From: Myxococcota bacterium
Lineage (GTDB): Bacteria; Myxococcota_A; Polyangia; Polyangiales; JANWZI01
DNA: 64,000 nucleotides
Direction: 5' to 3'
Assembly: GCA_025054695.1 (NCBI GenBank)
Contig: JANWZI010000006.1
Location: forward strand, 996-64,995
In this document: one piece after another, positions 11,032 through 24,099 of the stretch
How positions within the stretch are numbered: the stretch's first letter is position 1
Layout: each line of letters begins with the position of its first letter
Program-made: the position numbers and the translations under genes
Notes under the pieces: generated by a model
What the model was told of the DNA's origin: nothing
The model's input: only the letters and a program-made list of their open reading frames with translations
Database searches by the model: none

Positions 11032-12137
11032 AGCGCGTCGTACACCGCCTCGTAGGCCCGTGCCATCGCGGACCGGTCGTGACGTTCGCGCACGGTCCGC
11101 AGCGCCCTCTCGCCCAGGTCCGAGCGGAGTTGCCCGTCGTCGAGCAGGCGAGCGAGGGCGTGGGCGAGGGCATCGGCGTCCGGCGGCACCGCCACGGCGG
11201 CCCCGTCCTCGGCCAGCTCCGCCGCGCTCGTCCCTTCACAGACGATCACGGGCCGGCCGAGCGCCATCGCCTCGAGCAGCACGAGCGGCAGATCCAGCTT
11301 GCCGCACAGCGTTTCGGTAGGCAGCGCGACCACGTCCGCGCCCGCGAGCCACTGCAGGATCCGCGCGGACGTGCCCGCCCATCGCACGCGCGGCTCGGTC
11401 CCCAAGCGCCGGGCCCGTTCCGCCAGCCGCTCGTACGCCCGTGCGCTCCGCTTGCTCTTCGTTCGGCACGCCATGACGAGCCACGCCTCACGCGACAGCC
11501 GCCCATGGGCTTCGAGCACGCGGAGCGCAGCCGCCTCGTGCTCGAGGTCGCCGGGATAGACGACCACGGGGGCCTGGGCGGGCAACCCGAGGGCGCGGCG
11601 GATTCGCAATCGGGCCGCCGCGGCCGGCGGGGTCAGTGGCGGCGCGCAGGGTGCGATGCGTACGACGCGCTCCCGCTCGAGGCCGGCGTCGAGCAGCAGG
11701 TGCTCGGTTTTCCGCGACAGCACCACGATGCGGTCAGTGAAGCAGAGCGATCGCAGCGAGGAGCCGACCAGCGCTGGGGCACTGCAGACGGTCTGTACCG
11801 TGCGAACGGCTCGGAGGCGGGCGACGAGGCGCGCGGCGCCGCTCGTTCTCGGATTGGGCGTGAAGAAGAAGTGCCACAGGGGCGCTCTCGCCCCGAACGC
11901 GAGCCAGCGCAGCGCGTACAGCGCTTCGTGCGCTCCGAAGCCCGGGCCGCCCGAGGGGGACCGGCGGGGGTAGACGGGCTCGAGTGCGATCCCGCCGATG
12001 TGGCGGGCACCGCCCTGCCGACCCATCCCGCGCGCGGGGTATCGTTCGAGGCCGAGGAGCAGATCCCGCGCGAGGTTCTTGCTGCCGTCGGTCCAGGGCG
12101 GCTCGAGCGGCTTGCTGACGACGAAGACGCTCCGCAC
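11025..12137 (-). CDS. glycosyltransferase, GT-B fold (group 1 / GT4-like)
   Basis: ORF track. The C-terminal half carries GKLDLPLVLLEAMALGRPVIVCEGTSAAELAEDG, typical of group 1 glycosyltransferases. It overlaps the downstream methyltransferase by 7 nt. Confidence 0.8.
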   Translation of the reverse strand: MRSVFVVSKPLEPPWTDGSKNLARDLLLGLERYPARGMGRQGGARHIGGIALEPVYPRRSPSGGPGFGAHEALYALRWLAFGARAPLWHFFFTPNPRTSGAARLVARLRAVRTVQTVCSAPALVGSSLRSLCFTDRIVVLSRKTEHLLLDAGLERERVVRIAPCAPPLTPPAAAARLRIRRALGLPAQAPVVVYPGDLEHEAAALRVLEAHGRLSREAWLVMACRTKSKRSARAYERLAERARRLGTEPRVRWAGTSARILQWLAGADVVALPTETLCGKLDLPLVLLEAMALGRPVIVCEGTSAAELAEDGAAVAVPPDADALAHALARLLDDGQLRSDLGERALRTVRERHDRSAMARAYEAVYDALW

Positions 12138-12260
12138 GCGCTGCGGAGCTAGCCGCAGGCTGCCGCACGCGCCAGCGGACGGCGCAGCCTCCGACCCCCG
12201 CGGCGCGGTGCCTCGCTCGGGTCGGCGGACGGCGAAGCGAACCGGGCCCGCTCATGCGCT

Positions 12261-12788
12261 ATGCTCGATTCCATGAGCACCGAGCCGCCTCCGCCCGCCG
12301 ACGCGCCGCCGGCGGCAGAGGGCCCGTCGAGTGCGCCCGACGGCGCCGACGAGGACGTCTCGGAGCGGGAGCAACGACGACGGGGCATCGAGCGGGCGCT
12401 CCGGGATCTGGTGCGCAAGGCGCTCGAACGCGGGCTCGAGGTGGGCCTCGACCGGCTCGGCAAGACGAACAGCGCGATCGGCGAGATCCTCGGCAGCGGC
12501 CAGAACCTCTCTCGCGAGGTGGTCGGGTTCGTCTTCGCGCAGCTCGACGAGACCAAGAATGCGCTCGTGCGGGTCGTCGCGCGCGAGGTGCGCGAGTTCC
12601 TCGAAGCGACCGACATCGCGGCCGAGGTCCGCAAGGCCTTGACGAGTCTCTCGTTCGAGATCCGCACGGAGATCCGCTTCGTTCCCAACGAGGCCGGCGC
12701 GCTGCGCCCCGAGATCCGCTCGCGACCTACCGTGGCCGTGCGTCGCCGTGACCGAGAGTCGGACGGCGAAACGACGGGGGACGGATAA
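12261..12788 (+). CDS. hypothetical protein
   Basis: ORF track. Strong GC3 codon bias, TAA stop, no motif recognised. An alternative Met lies at 12273. Confidence 0.65.
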   Translation: MLDSMSTEPPPPADAPPAAEGPSSAPDGADEDVSEREQRRRGIERALRDLVRKALERGLEVGLDRLGKTNSAIGEILGSGQNLSREVVGFVFAQLDETKNALVRVVAREVREFLEATDIAAEVRKALTSLSFEIRTEIRFVPNEAGALRPEIRSRPTVAVRRRDRESDGETTGDG

Positions 12789-12837
12789 CGACGGTCGCGT
12801 GGGTCGAGGCAATACGGCGACCCGGATTCTCGCGCTC

Positions 12838-12946
12838 CGCCTCGCGGCGCCGGCCAGGTTGATGGATTGCGCCTTCTCCTCGGACTCGGGCCAGGACTCG
12901 CAACACTCCTCGGCTACGTCAAGCAACGTGACCGCCGCTGTCAGAC
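12838..12946. repeat. hexamer-tract inverted-repeat intergenic element, copy E4 (short tract)
   Basis: Left arm ...GCGGCGCCGGCCAGGTTGATGGA, a short tract CTCGGACTCGGGCCAGGACTCG, module CTCGCAACACTCCTCGGCTACG (12897-12918), right arm TCAAGCAACGTGACCGCCGCTGTCAGAC (12919-12946). Confidence 0.88.
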
Positions 12947-13021
12947 CCGGAATCCGTTTCGGGCGCCGTCGCCAATGCGGCTTCGATCCGCCAGAAGCCG
13001 ATGTCGGCTCGTGCGTCGTGC

Positions 13022-13513
13022 TCAGCGCTCCGAGTCGCCAGCGCACGGAGCCTCCGAAACGCCGGACGCCATCGCGTGCGCCTGCTCCAGATCGGAGGGC
13101 AACGGGAGTCGTGCGCGCTCGAGCGCGCGGCGCAGCGCGACGAGCGAGGAGGCCAGACACGGTGCGACGATCTCCCACGCACCCTGCATCTCCGGCTCTT
13201 CGGACCAGCGCGCAATCGCGATGTTGGCGTCGGCGAGCCACTGCTCGACGCGTGCGAGGGCGGTCATGACCTCGCGGGCCTGTTCGGGTGGACGACGTCG
13301 GGTCTCGGCGCGGTCGATTTCGGCGACCACGCGCCCGGCCAGATCGACCGTCGATCGAGCGTGGCGCAGCGCAGGGTCGGCGCCGCCGCATGCCGGCTGC
13401 GAGGCGAGGGCGAGCAGCGTGAGCAGGCCGCCGGGTGGGCGGCGGGCGCGGCGTGGCGCGCCACGCGCGGAAACCGGCGTACCCGTCGGCGCGCGCCGCA
13501 GAACCCGACGCAC
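13022..13513 (-). CDS. hypothetical lipoprotein
   Basis: ORF track. Lipobox [15 protein letters not shown] and GC3-rich codons. It is divergent from folD with a 28-nt spacer. Confidence 0.55.
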   Translation of the reverse strand: MRRVLRRAPTGTPVSARGAPRRARRPPGGLLTLLALASQPACGGADPALRHARSTVDLAGRVVAEIDRAETRRRPPEQAREVMTALARVEQWLADANIAIARWSEEPEMQGAWEIVAPCLASSLVALRRALERARLPLPSDLEQAHAMASGVSEAPCAGDSER

Positions 13514-13541
13514 CGCCGCGGCATGCTACAAGCGGCCGTCG

Positions 13542-14411
13542 ATGCCGGCCAGATGGATCGACGGTCGTGAGGTGGCGGCGTGCGTGCGGCGTGCCGTGGG
13601 TGCCGCGGCGGCCAGGTTTTCCGAGCGGACGGGCCGCGCGCCGGGCCTGGAGGTGGTGCTCGTCGGCGACGACCCGGCGTCGCATCTGTACGTGCGCAAC
13701 AAGGAGCGCGCCGCGGTCGAGTGCGGCATCCGCGGGCACGTGCACCGGCTTGCCGCGACGAGCACGCAGGACGAGGTGCGGACGTTGGTCGCACGACTGG
13801 GCGAGCGCGACGACGTCGACGGCATCCTCGTGCAGCTTCCGCTGCCGTCGGGAATCGACGCGCGTGCGGTGCTCGATGCCATCGATCCGGAGCGCGACGT
13901 CGACGGTCTTCACCCGGTCAACGCGGGCCGGCTCGCATCCGGTCGTCCGGGGCTGCGGCCTTGTACGCCGGCCGGCTGCATGCGGCTGCTCGACGCCGTC
14001 GGCTTCGACGTTCGCGGTCGGCACGCGCTGGTCGTCGGACGCAGCGCGCTGGTGGGCAAGCCCGTCGCGCTCATGCTGCTCGAACGCGACGCCACGGTCA
14101 CGATCGCCCACAGCCGCAGTACGGACCTCGAATCGCTCTGCAAGCGGGCCGACGTTCTCGTCGTCGCGGTGGGGCGTCCTGGCCTCGTCCGAGGCTCCTG
14201 GATCCGCCCCGGGGCGGTCGTCCTCGACGTCGGCACGACGCGCGGAGCCGACGGGAAGCTGCGCGGGGACGTCGATCCGTCGGCCGCCGAGCACGCTGCC
14301 TGGATGACCCCTGTTCCCGGGGGTGTCGGTCCGATGACCGTGGCCATGCTGCTCGCCAACACCATCGAGGCGGCCTACCGGCGCGCGGGGCTCGAACCAC
14401 CGACCTGCTGA
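13542..14411 (+). CDS. folD: bifunctional methylenetetrahydrofolate dehydrogenase / methenyl-THF cyclohydrolase
   Basis: Inner ATG of ORF 12867..14411. Motifs are [45 protein letters not shown] and [14 protein letters not shown]. The stop TGA 14409-14411 lies in the E5 arm. Confidence 0.93.
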   Translation: MPARWIDGREVAACVRRAVGAAAARFSERTGRAPGLEVVLVGDDPASHLYVRNKERAAVECGIRGHVHRLAATSTQDEVRTLVARLGERDDVDGILVQLPLPSGIDARAVLDAIDPERDVDGLHPVNAGRLASGRPGLRPCTPAGCMRLLDAVGFDVRGRHALVVGRSALVGKPVALMLLERDATVTIAHSRSTDLESLCKRADVLVVAVGRPGLVRGSWIRPGAVVLDVGTTRGADGKLRGDVDPSAAEHAAWMTPVPGGVGPMTVAMLLANTIEAAYRRAGLEPPTC

Positions 14412-14505
14412 CGCCGACGCTCGCGCGGCTGGGGCGAGGAGCGGAACGCGGACTCGGGCTCGGGCTCGCAACACCCCGCCGCCACGTCAAGCAACGTGAC
14501 CGCCG

Positions 14506-14512
<7 letters not shown>
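14406..14512. repeat. hexamer-tract inverted-repeat intergenic element, copy E5 (short tract)
   Basis: It fills the whole folD/aminotransferase convergent gap. The left arm TGCTGACGCCGACGCTCGCGCGGCTGGGG holds the folD TGA. Tract GGACTCGGGCTCGGG, module CTCGCAACACCCCGCCGCCACG, right arm TCAAGCAACGTGACCGCCGCTATCC holding the aminotransferase stop. 24 of 24 nt are identical to E4 (14484-14507 vs 12916-12939). Confidence 0.88.
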
Positions 14513-15654
<1,142 letters not shown>

Positions 15655-15746
15655 CGCCCGCGGACGGTAGTCGCGCGGGGCCACCACGACCAGTGGCATC
15701 GCGCGCGGCACGGGACCGTGACGCCTGCCCTGGGAGCGATCGCGCC

Positions 15747-17315
15747 GTGAGCGAAGTCCGCGTCGGCCTGGTCGGCTGCGGTCGCTGGGGCATGCGGCAC
15801 GCGCGGGTGCTCTCGGAGCTCGGGGTTCTCGGCGCCGTCTGCGACGTCGAGCCGGAACGCGCGGCCGCGGCGGCCGCGCTCGCTGAGGTGCCGGTCGCGG
15901 CGGATCTGGAGTCGCTTCTCGCGCGCTGCGACATCCACGCCGTCGTCGTGGCCACGCCGGCCGCGACGCATGCGGCCGTCGCGCGCCGCGTCCTGGAAGC
16001 GGACAAGGATGTGCTCGTCGAGAAGCCGCTCGCGCTCGACCTGGACGAAGCACGGGCGCTTGTCCGACTCGCGGAGGCACGCGGGCGCGTGCTCACCGTC
16101 GGTCATCTGCTCCTGCACCACCCCGCCGTGGTCGAGCTGCGGCGCCGGCTCCGGGAGGGACAGCTCGGGCGAGTGCGGATGGCTCGGGCGACGCGCGCGA
16201 ACTGGGGTCGCGTTCGGTCCGAGGAGGACGTTCTGTACAGCCTGGCCCCTCACGACGTCGCGGTGCTGTGCGACCTGCTCGGCGAGATGCCGTCCCAGGT
16301 CAGCGCGCGTCTGCTGCGCGTGCTCGGCACGAACCGCGCCGATGCTGCAGTCGTCGGCCTCGAGTTCGCGTCGGGCAGTCGTGCGGAGCTCTTCGTTTCG
16401 TGGCTCGAGCCGGTCAAGGAACACCGCCTACGGATGGTCGGGGAGATGGCGTCGGCCGTTTTTGACGACGGCCGGCCTTGGTCCGAGAAGCTGGTCATCC
16501 TTCGCCACGAGTTGCGGCGCGACGAGGTGGGGGCATGGGAGGCGGTGGGGGGCACGGAGCACGTCGTCGCACTCGAGCCGATGGAGCCGCTGCGGGCGCA
16601 GGCCGAGGACTTCGTCGCCGCGGTGCGTACGAGGAAGGCCCCCCGCGTCTCGGCGCAATCGGCGCTCGACGTGCTCGCCGTGCTCGAGGCCGCGACGCGC
16701 TCGGCGGCGCAGGGAGGGGTGCCTGTCACCCCGTGCGCCCCCGGTGCCGCGACGTTCGTCCATCCGACCGCGGTCGTCGATCCGGGTGCGCAGGTCGGCG
16801 CGGGGACGCGCATCTGGCATTTCTGTCACGTCTACGGAAGCGCGCGCATCGGGGCGCGCTGCGTCCTGGGCCAGAACGTGATGGTCGGGCCTCGGGTGCG
16901 AATCGGCGACGGAGTCAAGATCCAGAACAATGTCTCGGTCTACGAGGGCGTCGAGCTCGAGGACGAGGTGTTCTGCGGTCCTTCGGCAGTGTTCACCAAC
17001 GTCGCCACACCGCGCGCGGCCATCGAGCGCAAGCACGCGTTCCGCAGGACCCTCGTTCGACGGGGCGCGACGATCGGGGCGAACGCGACCATCGTCTGCG
17101 GCGTGACCATCGGACGGTGGGCGTTTGTGGCCGCTGGCGCCGTGGTCACGCACGACGTCCCGGACCACGGGCTCGTCATCGGTATCCCGGCGCGTTTGGC
17201 CGGGTGGCGCTGTCGCTGCGGAGAGAAGATCGAGCTCGCCGGGGAGCGCGGGCGGTGCGTCGCGTGCGGAAGCACGTATCGCCGTGGCGCTGAGGGGCTC
17301 AATGCGGACCCGTGA
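15747..17315 (+). CDS. fusion protein: Gfo/Idh/MocA oxidoreductase (WbpB-like) plus hexapeptide-repeat acetyltransferase (WbpD-like)
   Basis: ORF 15693..17315. GTG 15747 places the Rossmann motif [12 protein letters not shown] near the N-terminus; ATG 15693 is the alternative. EKPLAL motif. The C-terminal half is a left-handed beta-helix ([46 protein letters not shown]...[14 protein letters not shown]). Confidence 0.82.
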   Translation: MSEVRVGLVGCGRWGMRHARVLSELGVLGAVCDVEPERAAAAAALAEVPVAADLESLLARCDIHAVVVATPAATHAAVARRVLEADKDVLVEKPLALDLDEARALVRLAEARGRVLTVGHLLLHHPAVVELRRRLREGQLGRVRMARATRANWGRVRSEEDVLYSLAPHDVAVLCDLLGEMPSQVSARLLRVLGTNRADAAVVGLEFASGSRAELFVSWLEPVKEHRLRMVGEMASAVFDDGRPWSEKLVILRHELRRDEVGAWEAVGGTEHVVALEPMEPLRAQAEDFVAAVRTRKAPRVSAQSALDVLAVLEAATRSAAQGGVPVTPCAPGAATFVHPTAVVDPGAQVGAGTRIWHFCHVYGSARIGARCVLGQNVMVGPRVRIGDGVKIQNNVSVYEGVELEDEVFCGPSAVFTNVATPRAAIERKHAFRRTLVRRGATIGANATIVCGVTIGRWAFVAAGAVVTHDVPDHGLVIGIPARLAGWRCRCGEKIELAGERGRCVACGSTYRRGAEGLNADP

Positions 17316-17520
17316 GAGCGCCGATGGGGTGGATGCCTCGCCCCGTCGTGTGGTGACCCGAGTCGGAGCCGGGGATCGAGCCCGGGGCGGAGACGGATCC
17401 CGGGTCCGAGTCCGAGGCGAGTCGGAGTTCGAGTCCAAGTCCGTGTCCGAGCCCGAGCCGGAGCCCGAGGCCGAGTCCGAGACCGCGCTGGAGGGTGGTT
17501 CGACCGGACCGCACAGCTCA
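17311..17520. repeat. hexamer-tract inverted-repeat intergenic element, copy E6
   Basis: Convergent gap. The left end CGTGAGAGCGCCGATGGGGTGGATGCC contains the TGA at 17313-17315. GAGNCS-type tract at about 17357-17485. The right arm GGTTCGACCGGACCGCACAGCTCAGC holds the hydrolase stop (17518-17520). Confidence 0.75.
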
Positions 17521-18414
17521 GCGGACGGCGACTCCGATGCGGCGATGGGCGAGGGCCGGTAGGGCGCGACGGACGCGTTCGACGGCGGTCAGGTCCACCC
17601 TGGCGATCGCGTAACCGTCGCCATCGGCGTGCTCGGCGACGACCGTGCCCCACGGATCGCAGACGAGCGCGTGGCCGTAGCTGACGCGATCACCGAAGTG
17701 CCGGCCGCCCTGCGCCGCGGCCAGGACCCAGCACTGGCTCTCAATCGCGCGCGCGCGCAGCAGCACGTGCCAGTGATCCTTGCCGGTGGTCAAGGTGAAC
17801 GCGGCGGGAACCGCGAGCAGCCGCGCGCCGCGGTCGACGAGCGCTCGATACAGCTCCGGGAACCGTACGTCGTAACAGATGGACAGGCCCAAGGGTCCCG
17901 CGCACGTCTCGGTCACGATCGCCTGATCGGGCGGACCGGCTTCTATCGTGTCGCTCTCCGCGATTCGCGTCCCGTCCGGAAGATCGACGTCGAACAGGTG
18001 GATCTTGCGGTAGACGGCGCGCACCGTGCCGGTCGGGTCGACGTGGACGCACGCGTTGCGTACGCGATCGGGTCGTTCGCCGCGTTCCCAGAAGCCGCCG
18101 AGCACGACATCGACGCCCGACTCGCGGGCGAGTCGGCGACAGCGATCGAGAATGGGGCCTCCCTCGGGCAGCGGTTCGGCGACCTGAAGCTTGAGCCGTT
18201 CGGGGCCGAGCAGGGCGAAGCATTCCGGCAGCAGGACGAGCCGCGCTCCGTCGGACGCCGCCTCGGACACGAGGCGCTCGGCGACGCGCAGATTCCGCTC
18301 GAGGTCGGGTCCGGAGCACATCTGCACGACCGCGACCCGGACCGGAGGCGCGGGCTTCGGAATCGCCTCGCTCGCCGTGGGCGGCTGGCCGTTGCGCGGC
18401 GTCGTCGCGGTCAA
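17518..18414 (-). CDS. carbon-nitrogen hydrolase (nitrilase superfamily)
   Basis: ORF 17518..18792 trimmed. The E-K-C triad contexts are LLPECF, YRKIHLF and [11 protein letters not shown]. The start is uncertain; I chose TTG 18414..18412, which overlaps the rodA stop (TTGA). The stop lies at the E6 arm. Confidence 0.75.
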   Translation of the reverse strand: MTATTPRNGQPPTASEAIPKPAPPVRVAVVQMCSGPDLERNLRVAERLVSEAASDGARLVLLPECFALLGPERLKLQVAEPLPEGGPILDRCRRLARESGVDVVLGGFWERGERPDRVRNACVHVDPTGTVRAVYRKIHLFDVDLPDGTRIAESDTIEAGPPDQAIVTETCAGPLGLSICYDVRFPELYRALVDRGARLLAVPAAFTLTTGKDHWHVLLRARAIESQCWVLAAAQGGRHFGDRVSYGHALVCDPWGTVVAEHADGDGYAIARVDLTAVERVRRALPALAHRRIGVAVR

Positions 18415-19514
18415 GTCGAAAACCTCCGGATCGAGACGTTGGTGAGCAAGCCGATGCCGACGAGGGTCGCGAACACGTTCGAACCCCCGTACGAGAACAG
18501 CGGCAGCGTCACGCCGACCACCGGCAGCAGTCCCATGACCATGCCGAGATTGATGACGGTGTGCCAGAAAAGGAACGCGCAGACGCCCACTGCGAGGACG
18601 GCGCCGAAGCGGTCGCGCGCCAGGCTCGCGACGTGCAGCCCCCGGAGCACCACGAACGCGTAGAGCGCGAGGAGCAGCAGCACGCCGAGCAGTCCCTGTT
18701 CCTCCGCCCAGACGGCGAACGGGAAATCGGTGTACTGGTCGGGAAGAAAGTGCAGCTGGTTCTGGGTCCCCTGCATGAAGCCCTTGCCCCACAATCCGCC
18801 CGAACCGATCGCGATGAGGGACTGGCGCGCATGCCAGCCGCTGTCGAGGACGTCCGTGGTCGGATCGAAGAACGCGCGCAGACGGTCACGCTGATAGTCG
18901 GCGAGCACGAAGTGCCAGCCCAGCGGCGCGGCGCCCACCGCGAGCGCGAGCAGCGTGACGAGGGACCTGCGTCGAAGCGGAACCAAAAGCATGACGGTCG
19001 CGAAGATGAGCGCGAGCAGAACGGCGGTGCCGAGGTCCGGCTGAAGCAGAATGAGCACCATCGGCAGGGCGAGCACCAGCCCCGGCGCGAGCAGATCGCG
19101 CAGCGAGCGCTCCTCGCTCCTCGGATCCCGATGCAGCACCTTGGCGAGCGCGACGAGCACCGCGAGCTTGACGATCTCGCTCGGCTGCAACGTGAAGCCG
19201 GCGACCTCGATCCAACGGGACGAGCCCCGAATCGTCTTGCCCACGAGCAACACGAGGCCCAGCAGCACCGTCGCGCCTCCGTACAGCCACCAGGCCAGTC
19301 GTTCGTAGTGCCGATAGTCGATGGCCGCCACGAGGACCGCGGTGCCGGCACCGAGCGTAAGCCAGTAAATCTGCGTGACGTAGATCTCGGCCAATCGCGC
19401 CGATTCGCTGCTCGATGCGCTGTACAGATTGATGACGCCGATGACGGCGAGCGCCGCGACCGCGATGAACAGCGGCCAGTCGAACGCCTCACGCGCTCGA
19501 CGTCCGAGCCGCAT
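18411..19514 (-). CDS. rodA: SEDS-family peptidoglycan polymerase RodA
   Basis: Inner Met (MRLGRRAREAFDWPLFIAV) of ORF 18411..20093. Multi-TM protein with the C-terminal motif LPLFSYGGSN. Its ATG overlaps the mrdA TGA (ATGA at 19512-19516). Confidence 0.9.
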   Translation of the reverse strand: MRLGRRAREAFDWPLFIAVAALAVIGVINLYSASSSESARLAEIYVTQIYWLTLGAGTAVLVAAIDYRHYERLAWWLYGGATVLLGLVLLVGKTIRGSSRWIEVAGFTLQPSEIVKLAVLVALAKVLHRDPRSEERSLRDLLAPGLVLALPMVLILLQPDLGTAVLLALIFATVMLLVPLRRRSLVTLLALAVGAAPLGWHFVLADYQRDRLRAFFDPTTDVLDSGWHARQSLIAIGSGGLWGKGFMQGTQNQLHFLPDQYTDFPFAVWAEEQGLLGVLLLLALYAFVVLRGLHVASLARDRFGAVLAVGVCAFLFWHTVINLGMVMGLLPVVGVTLPLFSYGGSNVFATLVGIGLLTNVSIRRFST

Positions 19515-21391
19515 CAGCGGCCTCGTCCGGACGCTTCGGCCGCGCCCGTCGTGCCGAGGTACTCTTGAAGGATCTGCATGGCGATGGGCGCCGCGTAGCG
19601 ACCGCCGCCACCGCCGTGCTCGACGAGGACCGCGATCGCGACGTGCGGGTCTCCGGCGGGAGCGAATCCCGCAAACCATGCGTGATCGCGCCGGAAGTAC
19701 CAGGCCCGTTTCAGCTCCTCGGCGCCGGCCAGCCGGCCGCGTACCTCGGCCGTCCCCGTCTTGCCCGCAATCGGCACCCCGTCGGGGATGCGCGCGTCGT
19801 ACGCTGTTCCCTGCGGGTCGTTGACGACCCCGTACAGGCCGTCGACGAGCAGGGCGAGGTGCTCCCGCGGCACCCCGACGCGACGGCGAACGCGTGGCTC
19901 GAAGTGCGCGATCGGCGTCCCGTCCGGCTCGCTGATGCGCTCGACCAGGAGCGGTTGGTAGAGCGTGCCGCCATTGGCGATCGCGGCGTACGCCATGGCC
20001 AGTTGCAGCAGCGTGACGCGGGTGTTGCCCTGACCGATGGCGGTGTTGAGCGCGTAGCCCGTGCGCCAGCGACCGAAGTGGCGCTCGTACCATTCGCGCG
20101 TCGCGAGGAACCCAGACGCTTCCGACGGGAGCCCGATGCCGGTCGGTTCACCGAAGCCGAAGCGCTGCGCCATCAGGTTGAGCGACTGCAGACCGACGAG
20201 CTCGGCGAGGCGGTAGAAGTACACGTTGCACGACCGAACGATCGCCGCGCGGAGATCGACCTCGCCGTGCACCTGCGTGCAGCGCTTGCGCTCGCGGCCG
20301 ATCTCGTGGACGCCGGTGCAAGTTACCCGTGCGCCCGGATCGAAGCCGTCCTGCGCCAGCGCGGCCAGGGCGGCGATGGGCTTGAAGGTCGACCCCGGGA
20401 AGTACGTCTCGAACGTCGTCTTGTCGATGAGCGGCCGAAACGGGTTGTCCAGCAGCGCGGCGTACGCTTCGGGTCGGATGCGTCCGCTCAGCTCGTTCGG
20501 GTCGAACGCCGGCTTGGCGTACAGGGCGCGCACCCGCCCCGTGTGCACCTCGACGACGACGGCGGCGCCAGATGGGTGACCGCGGAAGGCGCGGTCGATC
20601 GCCCGCATCAGGTCCATGTCGATCGTCAGCGTCACATCGCGGCCCGGCACCGGGTCGCGCCGCACGGCGCCCGCGGCAAGTCCCCCGGTGTCGGCAGCCC
20701 GCTGCGGGCGTCCTCGTACGTCCACCAGCAGCCGCTGCTCCCCTCGTCGTCCGCGAAGCAGCGCCTCCCACTCGCGCTCGACGCCGGCGCGGCCGACCCG
20801 ATCGCCCGGGCGATACACGTCGTCAACGTCCCGCTCGAGCTCCGCCGCGCTCACCTCGTTGAGGTAACCGATCGCATGCGCAGCGAGGGTGCCGAACGGG
20901 TAGATGCGCTGCGCACGCGGTACGACGTCGACCCCGGGAAGCGACAGGGAGGCCTGCTCGATGGCCGCCGCGCGATCGCGGTCGACGTCGCGCAGCACGA
21001 CGATCTGATGGGTCCGACGGCGCGGCGGAAGCCGTTCGATCCGCGCCGCGATGTCCCGTCGGGTCGCCTCGTCGAGGTTGGCGACGCTCGCGAGCCGAGG
21101 CAGGTCCTGTTCGAGGTCGAACAGGTACGGCGTGACGAGCACGTCGAAGGCGGGCCGGTTGTCGGCGACGATGCGGCCCACCGTATCGCGTATCAGGCCG
21201 CGGCTCGCCGGAAGCGGGATGCGTCGCGTGACGTTCTCCTGCGCGGCGGCGGCCCACGCTTCGTGCTCGATGCCCTGGAGCTGCACCGCGCGCGCGGCCA
21301 GCACGACGAAGGCGGCGGTCGCTCCGACGGCGAGCTTGCGATAGCGACGGCGCAGATCGCCGACGTCGCGGCGTGTGCCCGACAGCCGCAT
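19514..21391 (-). CDS. mrdA: penicillin-binding protein 2 (elongasome transpeptidase)
   Basis: Inner Met (MRLSGTRRDV) of ORF 19514..21628. The SxxK (GSTFKP), SxN (RSCNVYF) and KTG (GKTGTAE) motifs are present. It lies between mreD and rodA. Confidence 0.9.
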   Translation of the reverse strand: MRLSGTRRDVGDLRRRYRKLAVGATAAFVVLAARAVQLQGIEHEAWAAAAQENVTRRIPLPASRGLIRDTVGRIVADNRPAFDVLVTPYLFDLEQDLPRLASVANLDEATRRDIAARIERLPPRRRTHQIVVLRDVDRDRAAAIEQASLSLPGVDVVPRAQRIYPFGTLAAHAIGYLNEVSAAELERDVDDVYRPGDRVGRAGVEREWEALLRGRRGEQRLLVDVRGRPQRAADTGGLAAGAVRRDPVPGRDVTLTIDMDLMRAIDRAFRGHPSGAAVVVEVHTGRVRALYAKPAFDPNELSGRIRPEAYAALLDNPFRPLIDKTTFETYFPGSTFKPIAALAALAQDGFDPGARVTCTGVHEIGRERKRCTQVHGEVDLRAAIVRSCNVYFYRLAELVGLQSLNLMAQRFGFGEPTGIGLPSEASGFLATREWYERHFGRWRTGYALNTAIGQGNTRVTLLQLAMAYAAIANGGTLYQPLLVERISEPDGTPIAHFEPRVRRRVGVPREHLALLVDGLYGVVNDPQGTAYDARIPDGVPIAGKTGTAEVRGRLAGAEELKRAWYFRRDHAWFAGFAPAGDPHVAIAVLVEHGGGGGRYAAPIAMQILQEYLGTTGAAEASGRGR

Positions 21392-21392
21392 C

Positions 21393-21923
21393 TCAGCGCT
21401 CCGCGCGACGCGCGCCGCCGCGCGTGACGCCGACCGCCTCGATCCGCCGGACCAGGGCGAACAACGCAGGTGCCAGCAGGGCGGTCGAAATCGCCGGGGC
21501 CAGGACGGAGAGCAGGGCCGGTCGAGCGTCGTCGAGCGGGAAGGGAGCTGGACGCTCGAAGATGGCGCGAAGAGCGAGAACGGCGCTGCTCGCCAGCAGG
21601 CAGACCACGAACGTGAGCGCCATGCCACTGATCGGCCCGCGGACGAGCAAGCGCAGCCCGGCGCCCCGGGCGACGAGGAACGTGGCCAGGACGACGAACG
21701 TCATCAGCCCCATGGGCAGGCCGCAGAACACGTCGAGCAGATAGCCAAGCACGAAGCACAGGGCCGAGCCGCGCGCCATGCCGACCTCGGCAGAGACGCC
21801 GAGCGCGATGGCGATGGGCAACAGCGGATTGGGCATCCACGGGTGCAACGGTACGCGCGCGGCGAGCGCCGACTCGACGACGAGCAGGGCCGCGCCGAAC
21901 GCGACCAGGAGCACGTTACTCAT
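21393..21923 (-). CDS. mreD: rod shape-determining protein MreD
   Basis: ORF track. Small polytopic membrane protein directly downstream of mreC, with a 4-nt overlap. Confidence 0.85.
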   Translation of the reverse strand: MSNVLLVAFGAALLVVESALAARVPLHPWMPNPLLPIAIALGVSAEVGMARGSALCFVLGYLLDVFCGLPMGLMTFVVLATFLVARGAGLRLLVRGPISGMALTFVVCLLASSAVLALRAIFERPAPFPLDDARPALLSVLAPAISTALLAPALFALVRRIEAVGVTRGGARRAER

Positions 21924-22846
21924 GGCGTCTCACCCGACTCGGGGCCCGCGGGATCGAGCGGCGGCGCGATGTCCGGGTCGAGGGCGAGATCGTCCGGCGG
22001 CAGCGCCTGCTGCTCCCGGGAGCCGCCGAGGATCACGAGCACCTCGTCGAGTCGCGAGAAGTCGACCGCCGGAGTCACCTCGACGCGCTGGAACAGACCC
22101 GAGGGGGCGCGCTCGACGCGGACGACGTGCCCGACGAGGATGCCGGGCGGGAAGTGCTGTCCGAGCCCGCTCGTGTAGACCTCGTCTCCCGGGCGCACCT
22201 CGTCCTCGCGCGACAGCATCTCGACCCGCGACAGGTACCGGTCGCTCGCGCCGGTGCCGCGCAGCATGCCGCGCGCACCGGTCCGTCGGACGACGACGTC
22301 GATGGCGCTCGTCGGATCGACGCTCAGCAGGACGTCGGCGTAGCGGTCCCACACCCGTCGGATCTGGCCGGCCAGCCCATCGGCGGCGATCACGGCCATA
22401 CCCGCCCGCAGCTCGTCGCGGGCTCCGCGGTCCAGTCGGATGCGGACCACGCGGAAAAACGGTGTGACCTCGCGCGCGATGACCCGCGCGCTGAGCGTCT
22501 CGACGCCGACGGCCTGGCGCACGGCGAGCAAGTCGCGCAGGCGGCGATTCTCCTCGTGCACGCCGCGCAGTTCGCGCAGCGCGGCGCGCAGGCGTGCGTT
22601 CTCGGCCCGCAACCGGTCGTTCTCCTTCTTGACTTCGACGAGCCAGACGTAGCGCTCGATGGGCTCGGAGACGGCGAGCGCGAGCTGCGTCGCCACGAAT
22701 TGCACGGGGGCTGCCACCGTCAGCAGCGCGCGGTCGAGCCACGTGGTGCGCGACGGATCGATCAGGCTCGCGCGCAGCAGGAAGAACGGCAGCGCGAGCA
22801 GCGCGGCCGACAGCGCGGCGTCCCGGAGGCGGCGGAACAGCTCCAC
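21920..22846 (-). CDS. mreC: rod shape-determining protein MreC
   Basis: ORF track. N-terminal TM helix, coiled coil (NDRLRAENARLRAALRELRG) and beta-rich domains (GDEVYTSGLGQHFPPGILVG). Confidence 0.9.
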   Translation of the reverse strand: MELFRRLRDAALSAALLALPFFLLRASLIDPSRTTWLDRALLTVAAPVQFVATQLALAVSEPIERYVWLVEVKKENDRLRAENARLRAALRELRGVHEENRRLRDLLAVRQAVGVETLSARVIAREVTPFFRVVRIRLDRGARDELRAGMAVIAADGLAGQIRRVWDRYADVLLSVDPTSAIDVVVRRTGARGMLRGTGASDRYLSRVEMLSREDEVRPGDEVYTSGLGQHFPPGILVGHVVRVERAPSGLFQRVEVTPAVDFSRLDEVLVILGGSREQQALPPDDLALDPDIAPPLDPAGPESGETP

Positions 22847-22877
22847 GTGGCCGTGCGCCCCGCGCAGCCCCCGGGGG

Positions 22878-23960
<1,083 letters not shown>

Positions 23961-24099
23961 TTAACAGATGCTCGCGTCTCGATCAACCGTCCCCTCGCCG
24001 AGGCGCACTTGTGGCGAGCCGGCGCGCGCCGATGCGTGCCGTCGGCTTCGATTGCGTGGGCGCGGCGTCGCCCACCGCGAGGGGCCTCGGGAGCGAGGC

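Noticed and set aside
17491-17512. GGTTCGA string resembling a tRNA T-loop
   Set aside because: The flanking bases do not form a T-stem, and no acceptor or anticodon arms can be drawn. The string lies in the right arm of element E6. I found no tRNA, rRNA or tmRNA gene in the window by eye.
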